A stretch of DNA of 32,000 bases from Erysipelothrix inopinata. GTDB taxonomy: Bacteria; Bacillota_I; Bacilli_A; Erysipelotrichales; Erysipelotrichaceae. Numbering within the stretch: the stretch's first letter is position 1; every line of letters starts with the position of its first letter. The notes under the pieces were generated by a model. It was not told the DNA's origin. It saw nothing but the letters and a program-made list of their open reading frames with translations, and ran no database searches. Positions 27,066 through 32,000 of the stretch are shown piece after piece. Position numbers and translations under genes: made by a program. The stretch is taken from the NCBI RefSeq assembly GCF_014396165.1, contig NZ_CP060715.1, positions 1,800,001-1,832,000 of the forward strand, given 5' to 3'.

Positions 27066-28493
27066 TTATTTTACTTCAATAATTTTCATTAAGTTTGTGT
27101 TACCTGTTCCTGTAGGATATCCTGCAGCAATGATAACTTTTTTACCTGGTTCAACACCATATGATTTTGCAAATGCAGATGCTAATTCATCATCATTTGT
27201 CATATCATTTCTTACATCTGAGAACACAGGAATTACTCCCCATGTCATTGCAAGGCGACGTTGAACTTCGCGGTCAAATGTAACTGCAATAACTGGCACA
27301 TTTGGACGGTATTTTGAAATACGACGTGCTGTTGTACCACTTTGTGTAAAGGCAACAACTGCTTCAACATCATCAAGGTTTAGAGCTGTTTCAGCAATTG
27401 ACATACCAATGGAGTCTTGCATTGTACGTTTTGATGTTTTGATTGAGTGTTCTAATCTTTCACGGTAAGGAATAATTGCTTCCATTGCCAATGAGATTTC
27501 ACGCATTACACGAACTGCTTCAACTGGGTAGTTCCCTACTGCTGATTCACCTGAAAGCATGATTGCATCTGTTCCGTCTAGGACAGCATTTGCAACGTCA
27601 CTTGCTTCAGCACGTGTAGGACGTGGATTTTGTTGCATTGATTCAAGCATATGAGTAGCAGTGATAACTGGTTTACCCATTTTGTTTGCTGTTTTAATAA
27701 TTTGTTTTTGATAGATTGGAACAAGGTGAGTTTTAACTTCAACACCTAAGTCACCACGAGCAACCATAACGCCGTCAGCAACTTCTAAGATGCTTTCTAA
27801 GTTATCGAAACCTTCTTGGTTTTCAATCTTAACAATGATTTGGATATCTGGTTTTCCAGCTGCATTGATAACTTCGCGAATATCAAGAACATCTTGTGCA
27901 CGACGTACAAATGATGCTGCAATGAAGTCGATTCCGTTGTTTGCTCCAAATGTAATGTCACTACGATCTTTGTCTGACAAGAATGGCATACTTAGAACTA
28001 CGTTAGGAATGTTTACACCTTTACGTGTTTTTACAAATCCTGGATTTTCAATACGGCAGATCAAGTCTTTGTCATCTTTATCGATAACTGTTAAACGAAT
28101 TTTTCCGTCGTCAATTAACAAGTAGTTTCCAACTTGAACGTCATTATAAACTTCAGGAACTAATAAAGTAAAGCGTTCTTTGTTACCAACATAGTCAGCA
28201 TCAAATCCAACTTTTACAATGTCGCCTTCAGCAAATTCAACTGCGCCATTTTCTAAATCGCCACAACGAATTTCTGGTCCTTTAGTATCTAAAAGAATTG
28301 CTAAGCTCATTCCAATACGATCGCTAACTTCGCGAACACGTTCCATACGTTTCAAGTGATTTTCTTGAACGTCATGTGAAAAGTTGAAACGAACAATATT
28401 CATTCCTTCTTTTGCTAATTTTTCAATCATTTCTGGGGACTCTGATGCAGGTCCTATAGTACAAATAACTTTGGTTTTTTTCATTTCTCTCAT
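27066..28493 (-). CDS. pyk: Pyruvate kinase (475 aa, without the extra C-terminal PEP-utilizer domain)
   Basis: KKTKVICTIGPAS, NFSHD, MVARGDLGVE, MLSGESA. Start set to MREMKKTK (ATG 28491-28493), 9 nt after GGAGG. The track's 13-aa extension overlaps pfkA. Confidence 0.95.
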   Translation of the reverse strand: MREMKKTKVICTIGPASESPEMIEKLAKEGMNIVRFNFSHDVQENHLKRMERVREVSDRIGMSLAILLDTKGPEIRCGDLENGAVEFAEGDIVKVGFDADYVGNKERFTLLVPEVYNDVQVGNYLLIDDGKIRLTVIDKDDKDLICRIENPGFVKTRKGVNIPNVVLSMPFLSDKDRSDITFGANNGIDFIAASFVRRAQDVLDIREVINAAGKPDIQIIVKIENQEGFDNLESILEVADGVMVARGDLGVEVKTHLVPIYQKQIIKTANKMGKPVITATHMLESMQQNPRPTRAEASDVANAVLDGTDAIMLSGESAVGNYPVEAVRVMREISLAMEAIIPYRERLEHSIKTSKRTMQDSIGMSIAETALNLDDVEAVVAFTQSGTTARRISKYRPNVPVIAVTFDREVQRRLAMTWGVIPVFSDVRNDMTNDDELASAFAKSYGVEPGKKVIIAAGYPTGTGNTNLMKIIEVK

Positions 28494-28506
28494 TAGAAAG
28501 TTCCTC

Positions 28507-29466
28507 CTATACCAATCTGTCATGCAATTCAAAAAATGGTCTTCTTGATTTCTTAGGCATTGCTAGAGCTTCTTTAATATCGATAGATATAATTTGTCCA
28601 TCAACGAGCCCTAAACAACGACTGCTTTCACCGGCTATTAAGCATTGCACAGCTTTGTCACCGAATTCAGTTGCCAATATACGATCTCTTGCTGTTGGCG
28701 ATCCACCTCTTTGGATATGTCCAAGAACTGTGGAACGACCTGAGAAATCAGTATGTTGTGAAATCTTTTGTGCTAACAATTCTGTATCAGTAATTTTTTC
28801 ACTGATAATTACGATAGCATGACGTTTCTTCTTATATTCTTCAAAATAACGAAGACGCTCTAATACTTCAGCCTCATCATAACCTGTTTCTTTTGTGATA
28901 ATAATTTCAGCCCCTGTGGTGATCCCTGCATAAATTGCTAGGTCTCCACAACGGTTTCCCATTACTTCCACTACAGAACAGCGATGATGCGAACTTGATG
29001 TATCTCGCAATTTGTCAACATTTAGAATAACAGTATTTAACGCAGTGTCAAATCCAATCGTATAATCTGTTGATGCGATATCATTATCGATTGTTCCTGG
29101 GATACCAATACAATTAATACCCATTTCACTTAGCGCCATTGCACCTCGATAACTACCATCACCACCGATAACGATGAGACCCTCAATACCATGCTTCTCT
29201 AAATTCGCAACTGCTTTCTTTCGAACTTCAAGCAATTTAAATTCTTCGAGGCGTGCACTTCCTAAAGTGGTTCCACCTTGGGTAATGATATCACTCACGT
29301 CTCCTCTTTCAAGACGACGAATGTTATTATTAACCAATCCTTCGTAACCATCGAATATACCATAAACTTCAAGTCCTGAGGAGATTCCAGAACGGACGAT
29401 TGCACGAATTGCGGCATTCATTCCTGGAGCATCACCACCAGATGTCAATACACCGATTTTCTTCAT
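28507..29466 (-). CDS. pfkA: ATP-dependent 6-phosphofructokinase
   Basis: MKKIGVLTSGGDAPGMNAAIRAIV, IGGDGSYRGA, GIPGTIDND, VLGHIQRGG. Confidence 0.95.
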   Translation of the reverse strand: MKKIGVLTSGGDAPGMNAAIRAIVRSGISSGLEVYGIFDGYEGLVNNNIRRLERGDVSDIITQGGTTLGSARLEEFKLLEVRKKAVANLEKHGIEGLIVIGGDGSYRGAMALSEMGINCIGIPGTIDNDIASTDYTIGFDTALNTVILNVDKLRDTSSSHHRCSVVEVMGNRCGDLAIYAGITTGAEIIITKETGYDEAEVLERLRYFEEYKKKRHAIVIISEKITDTELLAQKISQHTDFSGRSTVLGHIQRGGSPTARDRILATEFGDKAVQCLIAGESSRCLGLVDGQIISIDIKEALAMPKKSRRPFFELHDRLV

Positions 29467-29544
29467 AATTCACCTCTTGCACTATCATATCATTTTTTAA
29501 TGTTATTTTCTTGCTAAATATTGTCAAAACCATGTAAAACATTG

Positions 29545-30468
29545 TTAATTTTTAGTTCTACGATTCATTCCAACCATTTCATAGGGCTGTGTTAGTGAAA
29601 AAATGCGATCTACGAGTCTTTTTGCACGGATTTCATCCGACACTCCCCTTTGATCTACTTTATACAACTCAACTAATAAATCTGGGTTATAGTTACTGGT
29701 TATCAATGTTTTGCGTTTGTTTTCCATTCGATCATTCAAGATAGAAAGTAAAATTTCATCACGACTCCATGATGTAATTGACTCAGCTCCCAGATCATCA
29801 AGTACCAATAATGGCACATTACGAAGTCTCCGCAATACATATTCCATTTGACTCGGATTATTAAAGTATTGCTTAAGGGTATTCATTAAGGTTGGAACAT
29901 GAACGTACATTACTTTTTGTCCGTTTTTCGCAAATTGATTGCTTACACATGCACAAATATAACTTTTACCAATTCCAAGATTCCCATATAAGAAATATCC
30001 CAAGTTATTATCAGAAGTAAATTCAATCATTGTCTTTAGAATGTTTAAGTAATTTGGATTTTCTTGCTCAAGATTAATTGTTTCAAAATGAGCAGATTGA
30101 AGTGCGAGAGGCAATTCGAAAATCTCATAATTTTTGAGATATGCAACTTCTTTTTCTATTTCTTGGACAAGTGGAAGTTGATAGAATACTTCAGAAATTA
30201 TTCCCGTATTACTGTCATACTCGAGATTAATATAGTTCCCTAGATTGGGATCTTTTTCTAACTGTTCACGTGTAAATGATTCAGCTTTTCGTTTACTTTC
30301 CAACCAATTTTTAAATGTGCTGGCATTTTCTTTCACAACATCTTCTGGACAATTATAGTGTTCGATAAATCTTTGAATTTCAGGTTGCTTAACGAGATAC
30401 TCCGCGACTTTTTTTGAATACTCTACTTGCTCTTCGTTTAATTCATATTTGAAATTTCTAAATGACAT
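29545..30468 (-). CDS. dnaI: Primosomal protein DnaI (helicase loader, AAA+)
   Basis: Walker A GNLGIGKSY and Walker B LLVLDDLGAE. Sits directly downstream of Bacillus-type dnaB, with a 1-nt start/stop overlap. Confidence 0.85.
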   Translation of the reverse strand: MSFRNFKYELNEEQVEYSKKVAEYLVKQPEIQRFIEHYNCPEDVVKENASTFKNWLESKRKAESFTREQLEKDPNLGNYINLEYDSNTGIISEVFYQLPLVQEIEKEVAYLKNYEIFELPLALQSAHFETINLEQENPNYLNILKTMIEFTSDNNLGYFLYGNLGIGKSYICACVSNQFAKNGQKVMYVHVPTLMNTLKQYFNNPSQMEYVLRRLRNVPLLVLDDLGAESITSWSRDEILLSILNDRMENKRKTLITSNYNPDLLVELYKVDQRGVSDEIRAKRLVDRIFSLTQPYEMVGMNRRTKN

Positions 30469-31631
30469 TAGGAACCTCCCTTATTAATTAAATCTTTTAG
30501 ATTTTGTTTTAATACAGTTACGTCACCTTCAATTTGATCATTTGTTGAATATTGCGGTGGTGCGATTTCAACTTTAACACGTGACTTAGTTGTGGTTGAT
30601 TTTGTTTTCTGTAATGGCTTCGCTATTTCTTTTAATGCTTTGTCTAACGAATCAACATTGTTTCGTTTCCAAACCGATGCGATTTTTTCAACATACGAAC
30701 GATTGAGATTTTTATTATTCGTTTCAAGAATGTACTCGATGAGAACATTGATAACTTGATTATCAAATCCAAAGTTTTGACTGAGCGAGTGCAATAAATT
30801 CCTATCTGCATCAACAATGTAGTCATGATTTTGTTTATATGCTAAGAAACTCAATGGATCTAATTCATATGGGTTTGATACTGTTTCTACAGAAACACGT
30901 CCGTAGTTTCTTTCAATAATTCTTTGGAATTTCTTTTCATCAAATGTATTCGAAGAAAAATTCGTAGCAGACATCAAACACGCTTTCATATCAGCGTGGT
31001 TCATTTTATAAAGAGAACCGAATTCTCCGATACACTGTGTCACCAATTGCGTTCTCAAACGTACGGGAAACACGGAAGGAGATAACGATTTATAGAATCC
31101 TTGGACATCAAAACTGTACTCACTCGCACTCTCAGTTTTTTGTCCAGCATCTGAAAATTCTGCCTCTTGGCTTTCATCCCAAGAAGATAAGCGTGTAATA
31201 TCGAACGACGATGAAATTTCTTTTCCCTGATCAATTAGTAAACTTGATTGATAAAACATGGATTTTTCTATAAAAGCATCGTGTCCCATCACAATCGCAT
31301 AAAGTCTACCAAATGTTGGATGAAGTAAAAATTCGCTCGGAATAAGTGGTCGATTCAACACAATATTATAGTTGTTTGTGTCGATATCAAAAGTTCTAAT
31401 CAAAGCAAACTTTTCAAGTTCTTTACGAACAAGTTGAAGTTCTTCAATATCGAACTGTAAGTAAGTGCTCAAATCTCGAACATCAATGCCCCCTTCTCGA
31501 ATTCCAAATTGATAAAGAGAAAGATACAAACTCATAGCTGGAAAAGCAAAGAGTGGTTGGTATAAGAGCGCCAATGACTCGTACTCATCCGGCGCTAACT
31601 TGAAAGCAACATTCACATTATATCTTTTCAT
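30468..31631 (-). CDS. dnaB: Replication initiation and membrane attachment protein (Bacillus-type DnaB, DnaD/DnaB domain family)
   Basis: Positioned immediately upstream of dnaI. The C-terminal DnaD-like region carries a YxxxIxxxW-type motif (YVEKIASVWKRNNV). GGAGGAA RBS upstream. Confidence 0.7.
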   Translation of the reverse strand: MKRYNVNVAFKLAPDEYESLALLYQPLFAFPAMSLYLSLYQFGIREGGIDVRDLSTYLQFDIEELQLVRKELEKFALIRTFDIDTNNYNIVLNRPLIPSEFLLHPTFGRLYAIVMGHDAFIEKSMFYQSSLLIDQGKEISSSFDITRLSSWDESQEAEFSDAGQKTESASEYSFDVQGFYKSLSPSVFPVRLRTQLVTQCIGEFGSLYKMNHADMKACLMSATNFSSNTFDEKKFQRIIERNYGRVSVETVSNPYELDPLSFLAYKQNHDYIVDADRNLLHSLSQNFGFDNQVINVLIEYILETNNKNLNRSYVEKIASVWKRNNVDSLDKALKEIAKPLQKTKSTTTKSRVKVEIAPPQYSTNDQIEGDVTVLKQNLKDLINKGGS

Positions 31632-32000
31632 TCAGTTCCTCCATTTCTTTAAGCAAATCATTGATTGTTTGGTGTAGATTATCAATCGTACCATCATTAT
31701 TAATGAATACATCTGATTTGCGAATTTTCTCGTTCTCATCAAGATGACGATTCATTCTTTGATCTGCGTCTTGTTGATTAAGACCTCTTTTGCTCAATCG
31801 TTTAATTCGAAGATCATAGGGTGCGCTAACCATCCATATTTTATCAAATAATGATTCCATTTTCGCCTCAAATAGTAAAGGAACTTCAAAAAATACGATG
31901 GATTCAGTATTAATGGATTGAATTTCTTGTGTAATAAGTGGAAAAACTTGAGATTCTAACCACATTAACATTTCACGATTACTAAAAACATAGAATGCCA
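31618..32000 (-). CDS. coaE: Dephospho-CoA kinase, C-terminal part (the gene continues beyond the window)
   Basis: FEVPLLFEAKMESLFDKIWMVSAPYDLRIKRLSKRGL...DADQRMN matches the CoaE core and lid. The frame stays open upstream of the track's Met, to position 32000. The stop overlaps the dnaB start by 14 nt. Confidence 0.8.
   Translation of the reverse strand, partial: AFYVFSNREMLMWLESQVFPLITQEIQSINTESIVFFEVPLLFEAKMESLFDKIWMVSAPYDLRIKRLSKRGLNQQDADQRMNRHLDENEKIRKSDVFINNDGTIDNLHQTINDLLKEMEELNEKI

Noticed and set aside
1-32000. A whole-window search for mobile elements, CRISPR arrays, tRNA/rRNA genes, toxin-antitoxin pairs and defence systems.
   Set aside because: No transposase, integrase or recombinase ORFs are present, and I saw no terminal inverted repeats or regularly spaced direct repeats. 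No intergenic gap is long enough to hold an rRNA gene or a CRISPR array, and I saw no tRNA-like sequence in the longer gaps. No small adjacent ORF pairs lie outside housekeeping operons. Every large ORF is accounted for.

Overview
This window is a densely packed, AT-rich core-chromosome segment from a low-GC Gram-positive bacterium (Bacillota). It uses the standard genetic code: TGA acts as a stop and ATGA start/stop overlaps are common. A T-box leader, cre-like boxes, lipoboxes and the coaE-dnaB-dnaI...thrS neighbourhood suggest a Bacilli- or Erysipelotrichia-like organism, but that placement is a guess.

Almost everything is on the minus strand. Read in the direction of transcription (high to low coordinates), the content is:
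- coaE (partial), dnaB (Bacillus-type) and dnaI.
- pfkA, pyk, a ROK glucokinase and two tandem M29 aminopeptidases.
- A plus-strand frameshifted lipoprotein gene.
- A T-box leader followed by thrS.
- A BMP-lipoprotein plus CUT2-type (NupNOPQ-like) nucleoside ABC transporter.
- An orphan lipoprotein and plus-strand pncB.
- An M16 peptidase pair and a tail-less mini-SSB.
- An 11-gene overlapping operon: thyA-folA-pdp-scpA-scpB-rluB-rsmE-ORF-murE-deoC.
- An SDH/ClpP-fold serine protease and the first 18 codons of another gene.

I found no tRNA or rRNA genes, CRISPR arrays, transposases or integrases, and no recognisable defence genes. I also cannot point to a convincing novel multi-gene system; this looks like housekeeping DNA. 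The leads most worth a second look are:
1. A lipoprotein gene split between two reading frames at short G5/A5 homopolymers.
2. The ~320-nt spacer inside the nucleoside-transporter operon, which has an attenuator-like hairpin, a repeated CTACACAAT motif and a cre-like box, together with a second cre box over the operon's -35 hexamer.
3. An unrecognisable 246-aa ORF translationally coupled between rsmE and murE.
4. A 96-aa SSB-like protein with no C-terminal tail that sits on its own promoter and terminator.
5. A ThrRS that lacks the N-terminal TGS domain.

All functional calls come from reading the translated ORFs and motifs by eye. No searches were run.
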